A stretch of 64,000 nucleotides of DNA from Hydrolagus colliei (Eukaryota). The position numbers and the translations under genes were made by a program. Positions within the stretch are counted from its first letter, which is position 1, and each line of letters begins with the position of its first letter. Below the pieces are notes generated by a model. The model had not been told where the DNA came from. It worked only from the letters and a program-made list of their open reading frames with translations, and did no database searches. Positions 13,092 to 25,944 of this stretch are shown one piece after another. The stretch lies in NCBI GenBank assembly GCA_035084275.1, contig CM068743.1, positions 44,392,001 through 44,456,000 of the forward strand, in the 5' to 3' direction.

Positions 13092-13677
13092 GAACAAAAA
13101 CAAAAATTACTGGGATCACTCAACGGGTCAGGCAGCATCTATGGAGAAAGGAAAAGTAAGTCAGAACGAAGGGTCATGGACCCGAAACATTGACTCACTT
13201 TTGCTTGATCTACAGATGCTGTCTGAACTGTTGATTGTTCCCAGCAATTTCTGTTTTTGGTCAGATTTTCAGCATCTGCAGTATTTTGCATTTTTGTTTG
13301 TGCTTACTTCACTGCAACTTCTCTTCTAGGAATGCCTACCTTGAAGAAGTTCCGTTCTTTGCTTTGACGTGACTTTCAATGTTCGCTTTTACCCTACTCG
13401 CCTTCTCAACTATCTGTTTCTCTTCTTATGTTTGATGTTGTGTTCACTAAAACCCGCTTTTACTGCCATATTTCTTTCCTCAGTAACTGCTTTCAACGGC
13501 AAGTTATCCCATATGGATTTTGTCTCAAATTCCACCTCTCCTTGTTTTCAATAAAGTTCTGACGAAGAGTCTTGGACCTGAAACATTAACTAACTTTCCT
13601 TTCTCCATGAGTATTCCTAGCAATATCTGTTTTTGTTTCAGATTTCCAGCATCTGCAGTATTTTGTATTTTTGTTCT
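13092..13677 (+). mobile_element. Non-autonomous Penelope-like element with two hammerhead-bearing direct repeats and an inverted 5' arm
   Basis: Direct repeats at ~13166-13295 and ~13562-13675; 13092-13163 is the reverse complement of 13190-13262; TSD ctttacagtg at 13082-13091 and 13678-13687. Confidence 0.8.
13555..13591 (+). ncRNA. Minimal type I hammerhead ribozyme motif (degenerate)
   Basis: AGTT-CTGACGA-agagtc ttg gacct-GAAA-catt-AACT: catalytic core boxes present, stem I AGTT/AACT, imperfect stem II, stem III ACGT apparently decayed to ACAT. Confidence 0.65.
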
Positions 13678-14349
13678 CTTTACAGTGTGTTTTGTGAAGC
13701 GCTTTGAGACATTGGAAAAACTTGATCAGTTGCTACATCAAGTACAAGGATTATTATTATAATTGTTATTAACATTTAAAAGTTCTCTACGGGAAAAAAA
13801 AGTGCCATTTCTCTTTCAAGTTTCACAGCCCAAAGATATTTTCTTGAAAGTTTTGAATATCATACACATCAGTGGGCTCGATTACTGCATTAGAAGATCC
13901 AACTGCTCATCATTGTGGGTGTTTCAGTATTGATTGCTACATTTTTTCATACCAATGAACACAAACAGCATTTAGCAGTACTTTACTCAGTATTGATGCA
14001 ATTTTGTTGGCATTCAGTTTTTTTTTAAATGTGTTCAACTTGCAATTTATATTACTATAGAAAAGCAAGTGGAATATTTGGGCTAGTTCATTGATGATTG
14101 AAATATTGAAATATGTGTTCCGCATTTAAAAACATTTTTAAATTTTTTTTAAAATTTATGTTTTTCCAAAATATTAGGTTAGATCAGATTTGGAGAGTGG
14201 CACAGAACAAGCTTACTCTTTCACTGCTCTTAGAATGAAGAAAACTTGTAACGTTGGATTATTTTCAATGCCCATGAAATGTTCCAGGCCTCAATATAAT
14301 GATTTGAAACTGTGATTTAAAATATCCCCGATATAATACTGGCTGTTTC

Positions 14350-14600
14350 CTTGTGTCAGCCTAGCTCAGTTAAAAAGACTCTCATTTCTGAGTCACAAAG
14401 TGATTGGTTGAAGCTCTACATTGGGACTCTCCAATGAGGTGGTGTACATTGGCTGATTGTTGGAGTTGTCGTCCTTTGAATGAAACCAAGGTCTTCTCTG
14501 CGTGTTCAGGCAAACATTAAAGATGCAGTGACAATATGTAGAAAGAGAAGGGAGGTTGTCCTTCTATCCTGGCCAACAATCCCTCTGATCAAATTGTCAT
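14350..14600 (+). mobile_element. Old tRNA-Deu SINE (SacSINE1-like), interrupted by a main SINE and resuming at ~14895-15000
   Basis: tRNA-like head plus Deu-type motifs (gttggagttgtcgtcctttg, ttaaagat, tcctggccaaca). Confidence 0.7.
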
Positions 14601-14602
14601 GT

Positions 14603-14895
14603 TGAGTCCTGTAGCTCAGTGGTTAGAGCACTCGCATTGCAAGTGAGGAACCTCGGTTTGATTCCAGGCAGGGCGAAATCTTACGCAAGTTTCCTTACTC
14701 CACATGTCTCAGAAACACAACTAATAAATTGGTCATTTTTAATCCATGACTGTTTGTGGGACACTGTTGTACTAAATTGGCTGTCATATTTATCCACAAA
14801 TACAGTCAATTCACTTTGCAGTATATTCTGTGAAGTGCTTTGAGATGAATAGAAGACATGAAAAGCACGATATCAAATGCAAGGATTATTATTAC
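14603..14895 (+). mobile_element. Main SINE, full length
   Basis: gagtcctgtagctcagtggttagagcactcgc through tatcaaatgcaaggattatt. Confidence 0.9.
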
Positions 14896-16020
14896 AGTAT
14901 TACAGATACACAGTCACTACACTTCATAGTAAAATCTTGTGAGATGCTTTGAGACATTCTCTGGACATGAAGAAATCCTATAACCAATTCAATGATTATT
15001 ATGAACACATATTATCTTGCATTTTGTTGCCTTATTTGCTTGTGTTCACAAAAATAAGTTAAAAAGAAAACATAAGAAACAATTAAATTATTTGTTCTTG
15101 TGCTCTCAATTGTATTCATACATAAGATTATGATAGATTTGTTATGTCGGCTATGTTTCTATTGTTTCCCTTTTTTAATGCTTTTTAAAAAATCTCTTTC
15201 TTATCTGTTCTTATGGGTTTCTCTCTCATTCCTGATGTGCTTTTTTTAATGATGTTCTCCCCTCTACTTATTCTTTTTCTCTCTCTCATTTGGTCATATG
15301 TCTCACTCCTATTTTGTTTTGTTTTTCTTTCTCATTGAGATTTCCTTCGTGTATTTCAATTTGTCTCTGCTGTGTAATAGTGAAGTGGTCATATTTTTAA
15401 AAATTATTTTTATTCTGTGCCCTTAAGCTACTCAGAAATTGCCTGAGGCTCCATCCATATCTTTTAAAACACTTCACTGCACCTTCTATGTTCCATAGCA
15501 TGTCATGCAAAGCAAACGATTGTTAACACCATGCTATCATTTCAGCAATAATCCTTCCCACTTTTGAGATGGTTATTTTAAAAATGCTGTTTAGGTGAAC
15601 ATTGTGAAATGTATGAAAAAATCCAGTTAATCGAGAATACCGCAGGACTCATATCCACCCCACAAAACTCTCTACCTCCATCACAACACTTCTTGCCTAG
15701 GCTCCAATTTTAATATCCACCAGAACAGCAGACATTTTAATGTCTCATCAGAAGGATAGCATCTTCAACAATGCAGCATATCCTCAGCGCTACATTGGAG
15801 TGACAGCCTAGACTATAACCATATTTAAACACGGCATCTGTTTGTTGGCAAACAGGCAGTTATTTGGATAAGCATTCTGGTGATGTGTGATGCGTGATAA
15901 TAAGGCAAGATTCTATCAGTGGGCGAATCACCAATGGCCATGCATCTAATGTTCATCTGACTTTTTCCCCAATTATGTGTACAACCATATCCCATAGACA
16001 CCCAAGCTATGAATGAATGA

Positions 16021-16270
16021 TGGAGTCCTGTATCTCAGTGGTTAGAGCACTTGTTTCGCAAGCAAAAGACTTGGGTTCTATTCCAGACAGGGCAAAGTGT
16101 TGGTCAGATTTCCTTACTCCACATGCTTCTGTTTACTGAGCAGTAAGTAGGAAGTTCATTGTTAGTAAATTGGTGGATCACTTTTCCGGGGATATTAATT
16201 CCTTCCAAATTATTCATTTTAAAAAAATTGTTCACTTCAATTCATGGCTATTTGTGGGTCACTGCAGTTA
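16021..16270 (+). mobile_element. Main SINE, long subfamily, 3'-truncated
   Basis: tRNA head plus extended CORE-like block ctgtttactgagcagtaagtaggaag. Confidence 0.8.
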
Positions 16271-17750
16271 ATCTGTACACGAGATAAAGAGGTTTTCCAT
16301 TTTTCATAGTTCTTTGATGTTGCATTGGAGTATACTAATATAAAATAAATAAACATGTCGTTATTTAAGATAACTAATACATTACAGCATTAAATTATGT
16401 TTGAATGTTAAACTGTTATTTCATCAATTGTATTAATCACCAAACAACAATAGTGTGATGGAAGCTATTTAAAATAGTTAGCTTGACTGTGTTATGCTTC
16501 TTTCTAGTTTCTTTGAACATGAAAAGGCCAATTTGTGCTTGTGGGACAACATCTTTTACATTCATTGCCTCACAAGAATTGTTCTTTGGAAAATATAGAC
16601 GATCAGCAAGGTCCAGAAATACAGGAGGGAGATTGCAAATTCAGGGTTAAATGCATTTGTGACAAAGATAGCGAATGTCAGTATAAAATGTGAGCGAGAG
16701 AAAACTAGTCGAAGAAAAAGCAATTTAAATAGGCATTGAGGTTTATTTAAGTAATAATATTCTCTCCACCACTTACACCAAGTTATTTTAAAAAATGTGC
16801 ATCAACCGTTTTTTTTTACCTTGGACTGATTGCCATAATACCTTTTCCATTTTCAGTGTGAATTTCATTAATTCCTAAATACCCAAAGAGCACATGCAAT
16901 TAACCTTTTTCATTGCTCTTTATAAAAGTAAAGAAAACATTGAAACGCCAAAGATTTTATCAGTGCTTCATTGGGATCTAAAGTCATCTAAAATGCAGTA
17001 TTAGCAAAACAGAAGTCACTGAACAAATTGAAATGTCCCTTTGTGACTGAAATTGTACAATTAGCAAACAAATTGCCAAAGTATTGCGACCTTAAAAATC
17101 CTGGTAGAGATCAACTTGCTACCTGTGACTCATGGTTTTTTGGAGCTTTTCTTAACTGCGAACTGTCCTGAAAGCAAATTGCTGGCCAGAATTCTAATGT
17201 ACAGTTTTGATCACAGTCACCTTGTTTCAGGCCATTTATCAGTTGTACAACAATACAATACAATTCACATTGATAAAGCACCTTTCATTTCAGGACTACA
17301 TCTTAAAGTGCTTGACAGTGTTGGCTGGACACCCAAGCTACAATTGGAAGTTTAGGAATATGAAGGGTTTTAAACACGGGAAGGGGGAGAGTGAGGTTAA
17401 GGGAGTTCCAGAGAGTGGGGCAGAATGACTGAAAGCCTGCTTTGTCGATGGTAGGGCACATAGGTTGGGGACAGAAAGCAGGTCAGTGTTCACTGAGTGA
17501 AGGTCTGCTGACTGAACAACAGGATTGACAAGGAAAATGTTATTAGCAATTGCGACTGCTGTTTATCAAAGCACTGAAAGTGAGGTCAGAGGTGGAGTAT
17601 TATGCACAGTTTGGGACACTATATTACAAGAAGGGTGAAAGAGCTATAGAAAAGCCACAGCATAGATTCAATATGCTAAAAATAACAAGAACAAGCATTA
17701 ATATGGCACCCTTCATTGAGGGTAGTGTCCTTGGAGGACATTACCCAATG

Positions 17751-18474
17751 TAATCGTATCCCTTGATTTACGACATCTCTATTTACATGATTTCGATTTA
17801 ACAAACATAATTTTTTAACACCTTTTTATCGATGTACAATATTTTGTTTCGTTCTAACAACATTTTTAAACTATATTTGATTTTTTTGGGGGTAGAAAAA
17901 ATAAAAATACGCAGTATATCTGGTATATTTTGTATACCAACCTGAAATGCGTGCAGATGTTGCACCAAACAGTGGCCCAGACGGAAGTGTATATCTAGGA
18001 TATCCTCGAGGCCTTGGGGATTACCTGATCACCTCATCCAATCAGCAAACATGTTGAACTGGACAATAGCATGTCGCTTCATCATTGTTTACATGACGTC
18101 AAGCGGCTGCCGGTTGCCGAATGGATGAGGTGATCAGGTGATCTCCAAGACCTTGGGGCTCACATTGGGTCCTAGACACTGGATCTATTCATGGTACGGG
18201 ACCCGCTCAACTGCGATCGAGAGCCACAGGACCTGCTCGATGTGGTATTAAATTAATTATTCATTCATTAAATTCATTATGTCATTTTATCATTTAATTA
18301 TTTGTTGCAAAGTGCTATTTTAGTGGATTTGTGGTCTAAAAATTTTGTCAAAGCAACGCATCTCGGATTATAATAATGGGATCATATGGGAAAACCCGTT
18401 CCGATTTATGACATTTCGATTTAGGTGACATTTTTCAGGAACGGAAGCCTGTTGTAAATCGGGGGATACCTGTA
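17751..18474. mobile_element. Tigger/pogo-like non-autonomous DNA transposon (MITE)
   Basis: Right TIR gttgtaaatcgggggatacctg+ta; degenerate left TIR gtatcccttgatttacgac; internal inverted repeat. Confidence 0.75.
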
Positions 18475-18727
18475 CATTAAAAGATAGCAAGCAGGATAGT
18501 GGGAATTAGACAAGACAATACATGTGGATAAAAGCACCAGCACAGACTTGGTGGACCGAGTGGCATGTTTCTTTGCTTCACATTTTATAATCTATCAATT
18601 TGTAAAGGAATTCAAGTTTCCTCTCTATCCTAGTAATGGAAACTGAGATGATTCCTGGAAATAAAACTACTGCTACAAATATACTGCAATATCACTGTCC
18701 CCAAAAATGTTAACATGGGTTATCATA

Positions 18728-18966
18728 CAATCCTATAGCTCAGTGGTTAGAGCACTCACCTTGCAAGCAAGAGACCTGGGTTCGATTCCCAGCAGGGAAA
18801 CCCCTGGGCAAGTTTCCTTTCTCCACATGCCTGAAAATAATCCCTCAAGAAAACCCCCCAATAATAAATTGGTCACTTCAATCCATGGCTGTTTGTGGGA
18901 CATTGCTGAGCACAATTGACTGCCTCATTTTGTCCACAAATATACAGTCAACTCACTTTACAATGT
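18728..18966 (+). mobile_element. Main SINE, interrupted before its tail
   Basis: Head and body are intact up to caactcactttacaatgta. Confidence 0.85.
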
Positions 18967-18973
18967 ACAGTAA

Positions 18974-20996
18974 GATCATAAGACCATAAGAATTAGGAGC
19001 AGGAGTAGGCCATTCAGCCCTTCGAGCCTGCCCCGCCATTCAATAAGTTCATGACTGATCTTCTAACCTAACTCTAATTACCTGCCCCATTTCCATATAT
19101 CCTAATCCCTCTATTTTAAAAAAATCTATCAGTCTCATCCTTGAAAATGTTCAGTGACTGATCATCTACAGCCTTCTGGGGTAGTGAATTCCATAAATTC
19201 ACTACCCTCTGAGTGAATAAATGTTTCCTCAACTCCGTTCTAAAAGGCTGACCCTTAATTTTAAGACTGTGACCCCTGGATATAGATTCTCTTACCAGGG
19301 GAAACAGTCCCTCAGTGTCTACTTTATCCATCCCTTTATGAATCTGATATGTTTCAATGAGATCCCACCTAATTCTTCTGTATTCTAAAGAGTACAGCCC
19401 TAGTTTATTCAACCTATCCTCATAGGTCAGTCCCCTCATCCCAGGAACTAACCTGGTGAATCTACGCTGCACTCCCTCTAAGGCAAGTATGTCATTTTTT
19501 AAATAAGGAGACCAAAATTGCACACAATACTCTAGGCGTGGTCTTACCAGAGCCCTATACAGTTGCAGCAAGACTTCCCTACTCTTGTACTCTAAACCTT
19601 TTGAAATGAACGCTAGCATGCCGTTCGCCTTCTTAGTTGCTTGCTGCAAATGCAAACTAACATTTTGAAATTGGTGTAGAAGGACACCTAAATCCTTTTG
19701 AATACTAATGCTATCTAACCTCTCCCCCTCTAGAAAACAATCCTTTTTTCATTTCTGTTACTTAGGTGAATAATTTCACACTTCCCCACATTAAATTCCA
19801 TCTGCCACCAACCTGCCCACTCCCCTAGCCTATCTATATCTTGTTGCAATCTTTTTGCATCATCCTCAGAGCTCACTCTCTTACCTAGTTTAGTGCCATC
19901 CGCAAATCTAGACATGTTACATTCAATGTCCTCGTCTAGATCATTGATGTAAATTGTAAATAGCTGAGGCCCAAGCACTGATCCTTGTAGCACACCATTA
20001 GTTACATCCTGCCAACTGGAGATTGACCTGTTGATGCCTATGCTCTGTTTTCTACCAGTTAGCCACTCATCTATCCATGTTAATATGTTCCTATTAATCC
20101 CGTGGGCCTTGATCTTGTGCAACAGCCTTTTGTGTGGCACTTTATCAAATGCCTTCTTAAAATCTAAATATACCACATCTACTGGTTCCCCTCTATCCAA
20201 ACTGCTGGATACATCTTCATAAAACTCTAAAAGATTAGTCAAGCATGACTTCCCTTTTGTAAAGCCATGTTGGTTCTGCCTAATCTTTTTGTGGTTTTCC
20301 AGGTATCCTATAACGACGTCTTTAATTAAGGACTCAAGAATTTTCCCTACCACTGATATCAGCCTAACTGGTCTATAGTTCCCCAAATTTTCTCTCCCAC
20401 CCTTCTTAAATAGTGGAGTTATGTTTGCAATCTTCCAATCAATGGCGACTTTTCCAGTATCCAGAGAATTTTGGAATATCATAGACAAGCCATCCACTAT
20501 CTCAGTAGCCACCTCCTTTAAAACTCTAGGATGCAGGCCATCCGGTCCAGGGGATTTATCGGTTTTAAGACCCGATAATTTGCCTAAAACCATTTATTTA
20601 CAAATATTAATCTCCCTAAATTGCTCGCTAACATTGTCTTCTTGGTTCCCCTCTATTTTCGGTATGTTTCCAGTGTTTTCTACGGTGAAGACAGTAGAAA
20701 AATACCTGTTTAATAACTCTGCCATGCCTTTGTCTCCTATTATAATTCCCCCTGTCTCTGCCTGTAATGGACCCACATTCACCCTTGATAGCCTTTTCCT
20801 TTTTATATATTTGTAGAAACTCTTGGAGTCTGTCTTTATGTTCCTCGCTAGTTTGCCCTCATATTCTATTTTCTCCCTCTTGATCAATTTTTTGGTTCTC
20901 CTTTGTTGTTCCCTAAAGTTCTCCCCAATCCTTAGGTTTACTACTCATCTTAGCTGTTTTATAGGCTTTTTCTTTTGACTTTATACTTTCCTTAAC
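18974..20996 (-). mobile_element. CR1-clade LINE, 5'-truncated, intact 3' end, disrupted ORF2
   Basis: ORFs 20594..20887, 19730..20593 and 19116..19655 have KSPGPDGLHP, QHGF, YLDFKKAFDKVPH, QGSVLGP and RPRLEYCVQFW. 3' tail cttatggtcttatg. TSD tgtacagtaa at 18964-18973 and 20997-21006. Confidence 0.95.
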
Positions 20997-21011
20997 TGTA
21001 CAGTAAAATGA

Positions 21012-21290
21012 TACAGTAAAAAACCCACTTATCCAGCACCCTCGGGACCTGGCAAATGCTGGTTAAACCACTGGATATTCGGGCGGCCAGCTGCCAAAAA
21101 ACCCAACGCAAATAAAAGTAACTATTAAAAAAAAATGTTTAAACATACCATATTAATAATAGACTAAATAATACCAGAATATTGTATGGATACTTACCAA
21201 TAAAGCAATAAGTATTGATTACAGTTTATAAACACAGCACACATTCACAATGCAAACTTCTACAATAGCAGACTGTAGTGGCTTAAAGCG
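21012..21290. mobile_element. Tigger-like MITE end (same family as 27922-28146); right boundary uncertain
   Basis: tacagtaaaaaacccacttatccagcaccctc...gctggttaaa...ctggatattcgg matches the reverse complement of 28062-28146. Confidence 0.6.
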
Positions 21291-21493
21291 GTACCATTGT
21301 GTTTACCTTTTTTTTCTTTCTCTCCCTCCTTCCCTCTCTCTCTCTTTTGCACACACACTCAGTCAGTCTGGTATCTCAATGGCTCCAAACCCAACCCCTC
21401 TCCACTCCTCTCATTTTCCATCTAAATTAATCAACTCATTCCCTCTCTCTCTCTTCCCTCCTTTCCCCCACCTATCTCCCCCTCCCACTGCTT

Positions 21494-21545
21494 ATATATA
21501 TATTTATATATTTATATATATATATATATATATATAGATATATAT
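21494..21545. repeat. (TA)n microsatellite
   Basis: Seen directly in the sequence. Confidence 0.95.
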
Positions 21546-22774
21546 AAAACTACTGGAGCTCAGTAAAGATGAGGAGGCATCAAGGTTTACTTCAGGAGCA
21601 TAATAAATTGAATCAATGAGTGATTCCCTTACATACATTATGCTTGGAACAGGATACCTTAGCAGGTAATGGCTGGGAAGGTGACAGAAATTGCTGCATT
21701 TTCAAGGAATGTGAAATGCTCTCACAATGGAATTGTTACAAAGTGAATCTATATGCAGTGACATCAGAACATAACGTGAGAGATACTTGGATGCATTCCA
21801 AAGCAAAAGCCTTGTGTCTGTGCTATCTAATGTCTACACTTGCTTTTCAGGAATTGTTTATTATAATAATGCTTTACATTGCCTCAAACATAACAGATTA
21901 AAACAATGATGTAAAGAAGAAGATAATTTTGTGCAACAATAATTCTCTATTGTACAAGTGCCATTTGATACGCTGGAGCGCGTATTCAAAACAGACTATT
22001 ACGCCAAATATAGCCCATTGTATTATGTTACACTGAGCAACTAACCATAAAATAGCCACCGCATATCAAAGTACATATTTGAAAAAAACTGTCACATTTA
22101 AACAAATGACATCTCAAATAGAGGTTCACTGGTATATCTGAATAGATCTTTTTGTGCATTGTGTTTAAAATGGTAACAATAAATATTCATTTATACAGTT
22201 TCCAATCCATTACGCACATAAATCCAAAACAAAAAATATATTTTGTAGAAGCACAGTGAACAGCAGCATGAAGTTTTAAATTCACCAACAATTTTTTTTC
22301 ATGTAAGATTCATAGCGTGGCAAGAAAAATAGCTCAACATATCAGCCTCTGAATGCATCATATTGGAAAGACGTTGCCTAAAGGAAACCTGACAAGATCT
22401 GATTCACAGCTATTAGGTCTAATTCACTGCATTGAAATGATGTCCACAGGACTGCACTTTAAAAGGTGTTCTCAGTTGTGGGTTGAATGACAGAGTTATT
22501 GCTTTTGTGCCCTGAGGTAGTTAAAAAAAATCTTAATGGAAATTGATAATAAGAACACACTATATTGGTGAAAGGAGTAGATCAGTATTTGACAAGCTTT
22601 CTCCTTAACATTTTGACCCAATTCCCTTGGAATTTGACCCCATATATTGCCACACTAGTTAACAAAATATAGTTTGTTCATGAATGGTGCTTGAAAAACT
22701 TTTGTTTGTGTTTGGCACCAACTCAGTTAAATTCAACAGGAGAAACAAATACTGAAAAAGAGAAACAAATTGTA

Positions 22775-23028
22775 ATTTTGGAATGCCATCCCTCAATCCC
22801 TCCGTTTCGCCTCTTCCCTTTCCTCTTTCAAGGCCGATTTGAAGACTTTCCTCTTCGATCGTGCCTTTTGTTTCACCCCGAACTCTTTTACCTCCCCTTC
22901 GTGTTTCACCCCTTCCCAAACACTCCCCTCCCAGCTCGGGTCACACGCCTCTTGTTTAGCGCCTTGGGACGTCCTCCCGATGTGAAAGGCGCTATATAAA
23001 TGTAAATTGTTGTTGTTGTTGTTGTTGT
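22775..23028 (+). mobile_element. L2 3' end fragment
   Basis: Ends in gcgccttgggacgtcctcccgatgtgaaaggcgctatataaatg followed by (gtt)n. Confidence 0.85.
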
Positions 23029-24100
23029 AAGCTCAGCAATGACCAAAGGGAAGCAAAGTGTGAGCTCTTCAGGTAGTTAAATACAATATGGCTGAAGAGT
23101 AACATCCTCAAGCAATTTTCAGGTTATGGTTGTTTATAAAATCCAGAAATCAAACAAATTTTGACTTGGGAGAGGTGGGGACAGGACTGTCAGTCAAATG
23201 TGACAAGAGTGATTTAATAGATATATTGTTCAGGACCTTCACACTTTTTTGGAACAGAAAATGTCTGCCACATTTGCCTATGAAACAGCCACTACAATTT
23301 ATATTAATTACTAAAAAAGGGCTCTGTTACATTTCAACATCATAAGGCACCAGAAATGCAAGTCACTTTTTTAATTTATCCTCTGACCCTTTTGTGATGT
23401 CCAATTCTCAGAAACTTTTTGCCTTAATCCTTTTTGTCTTGCTCTCTTGACCACTCTTCAGGTCATACCTCTTTGACCATGCCTAAGGTCATGTTTCCTT
23501 TGTTTTTCACGTCATCCCGATGTGAAAGGCGCTCTGTAAATCTAATTTTGTTGTTGTTGTTTTGGGCTTGGTGACAAACTCCGCCACTGTTCTGTGATCC
23601 AAGGTGATACCCAGGGAAGGGATCCATACAAATGTGAGTTGTTGTTTAATGTTAACAATAGATCTCAGGAAGAGAGACTTGTATTTAAAGTGAAGGAACA
23701 AATGTTCCATTTCAATTTCAGACAACTTCTTACTTAGTGATCTGTCATAACATTTTTTTGTTATCAAAGAGTTTTACTGCAGTAGAGCTAACTGGAACAA
23801 GAATTGCATAACTTTGTTGCAAAGCAGCAGAAGTGACAGAGACAAAACCAGTCAATTCTAAACCAGACAGAATTAGTCCATCACCTAACCATACTACAAT
23901 TCTTGTGACAGAAAAACAATTACAATTGATTAATCTGTAATCAAACACTCCTCCCGACATCAAAAACAAATATTTTTACTTTATTATTTTGAACTGACCT
24001 TAGTAGACATCACTGTGTTGGCGCTCTATATCCTAGTGAAGTATTGAATAATGAAGCAAAACATTTTTTTTGTTATTGTAATTACTCTTCATTTTCATCA

Positions 24101-24372
24101 GAGCTATATGCATGATAAAGAGGGATAATGTTTATATTGCTTGACATGTATGTATTAGGATGAAACCTTGGGAAAGTTTCCTTACTTCACATACCTAAAA
24201 ATAATCTCTCCAAAAAGAAACACAATAATAAAAATCGAGCTATATGCATGATAAAGAGGAATAATGTTTCTAGTGCTTGACATGTATGTATTAGGACGAA
24301 ACCTTGGGAAAATTTCCTTACTCCACATGCCTAAAAATAATCCCTGCAAAAAGAAACACAATAATAAAAATC
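24101..24372 (+). repeat. Tandem duplication, 2 x ~136 bp, including part of a SINE (SINE continues to ~24540)
   Basis: gagctatatgcatgataaagagg...aataataaaaatc begins at both 24101 and 24237. Confidence 0.95.
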
Positions 24373-25944
24373 AGTCATTTCAATCCACAACTGTTTGTGG
24401 GACACTGATGTGTGCAATTGGCTGCCGCATTTCGCTCACAAACATACAGTCAATTCACTTTACAGTATATTCTGTGAAGCACTTTGAGAGGTCGATAAGA
24501 TGTGAAAAACGCTATATCAAATGCAAGGATTATTATTAATTGCAGAGCCTGGGCAATGTATATGATGGTGTTAAAATATTGATTATATGGTATCAAATCA
24601 GTAATTTAGGAAACAGAAGTTGCAGAGATCTGGGGAGATCTTCACTCAGCCTCAGAGAAAACAATGTTTTTTCATAGTTAGACTACCGGTGTAGAATCAC
24701 CAAATGAATGAATTCTCAACCGAGACACAGGTAATGTCAAAAGCCAAAAACTTCCTCCTGCTTGTGTAGGAAATCACTGCAAGGAGCTCTAGGAGCCTGG
24801 ATCACGTTCATGATAGCTAATATATTTGATCATAGGTATGATAGCTAATATATTTGATTATATGCAATATTTTTTCTCTGAAAGACATGTTGTTTGAGTA
24901 TGCTGGGAAAATGTACAGGATTGCGCCTTCTCCTCTAACTGATAGCACACACTTCTCTATGGATAGAATACTGTGGGTTCTAGTTCCACCTCAGGTCTGC
25001 ACTCATCATTTTTATACAATAACAACAAAATTACTCTTGTATAGTACTTTTCATGGCAGGAGGATAGCCCAAAGTACTGGACAGTCATTGTTTCATACAA
25101 ATATATACTGGTATTTCAGGGCAGAACTGAAACATCTGAGTGCTTGTGTTTCATATTGTAGTGGTATCTTGTAAGGAAACCTGCCATTTTATTTGAAACT
25201 CAATACTGAGCTCCCAGCTGATTTGATTGCCTTCTGACTCGTCTCAAAATCAAGTTACAATAATAATTGAAATTTCTTAAATAGCTGAAAAGTAATTGCT
25301 GTGATATGTAGTGACTGTATTAGTAGGTAATCAGCCAGTTAATTTTCGCAAGGCAAAGTCCCAGAAGCATTCATGAAGCGAATTATCAATATATCTCAAG
25401 CATACTTGCCAAGAACACATCACCAATATACTATTTTTAACGGTTGCCATTTTTGTAACTGGTCAAGCCGTTTTACTGCAGAAAGCAAATTAGACCTCAT
25501 CAATGTTCCATTATCCCCTGCTGAGTGGAACAATTCTCCTCTTTGCCTTTTAATTAACTGCCACAGATAATATTGAATGCACCCATAGTCTTGCTCAAAA
25601 CAGTTGAGCAGATGTTTCTGAGAGTTCTTCTGAACTGAAACTCTCTAACAATTCACATTGAGTTCATTATCACTCCAGATTTCAATTTAAATAAATGATT
25701 CTCTCAGTCATTGTACAATGCTCTATAATATTTTGAGCCATAAATATAATTCTGGAAGATTTGGAGCCTTCCTGATCAATGTGATCAATGTGCTGGCATC
25801 AAATTAAACCAAAAAAAAATAATTTGATTTTGGCTTAATTACCTGAAATCTCCATCATTAATCCCAGTGCACAATCTTGCAACTCTGCATCTATTCCCTC
25901 ATTAGTTCCTTGTTTTGCAACAGAATTGCTGACCAGATGCAGGA

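Larger units (their letters stand above)
13030..13765 (+). mobile_element. Main SINE 3' half split by a Penelope-like insertion
   Basis: SINE body 13030-13091 resumes at 13678-13765. Confidence 0.8.
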
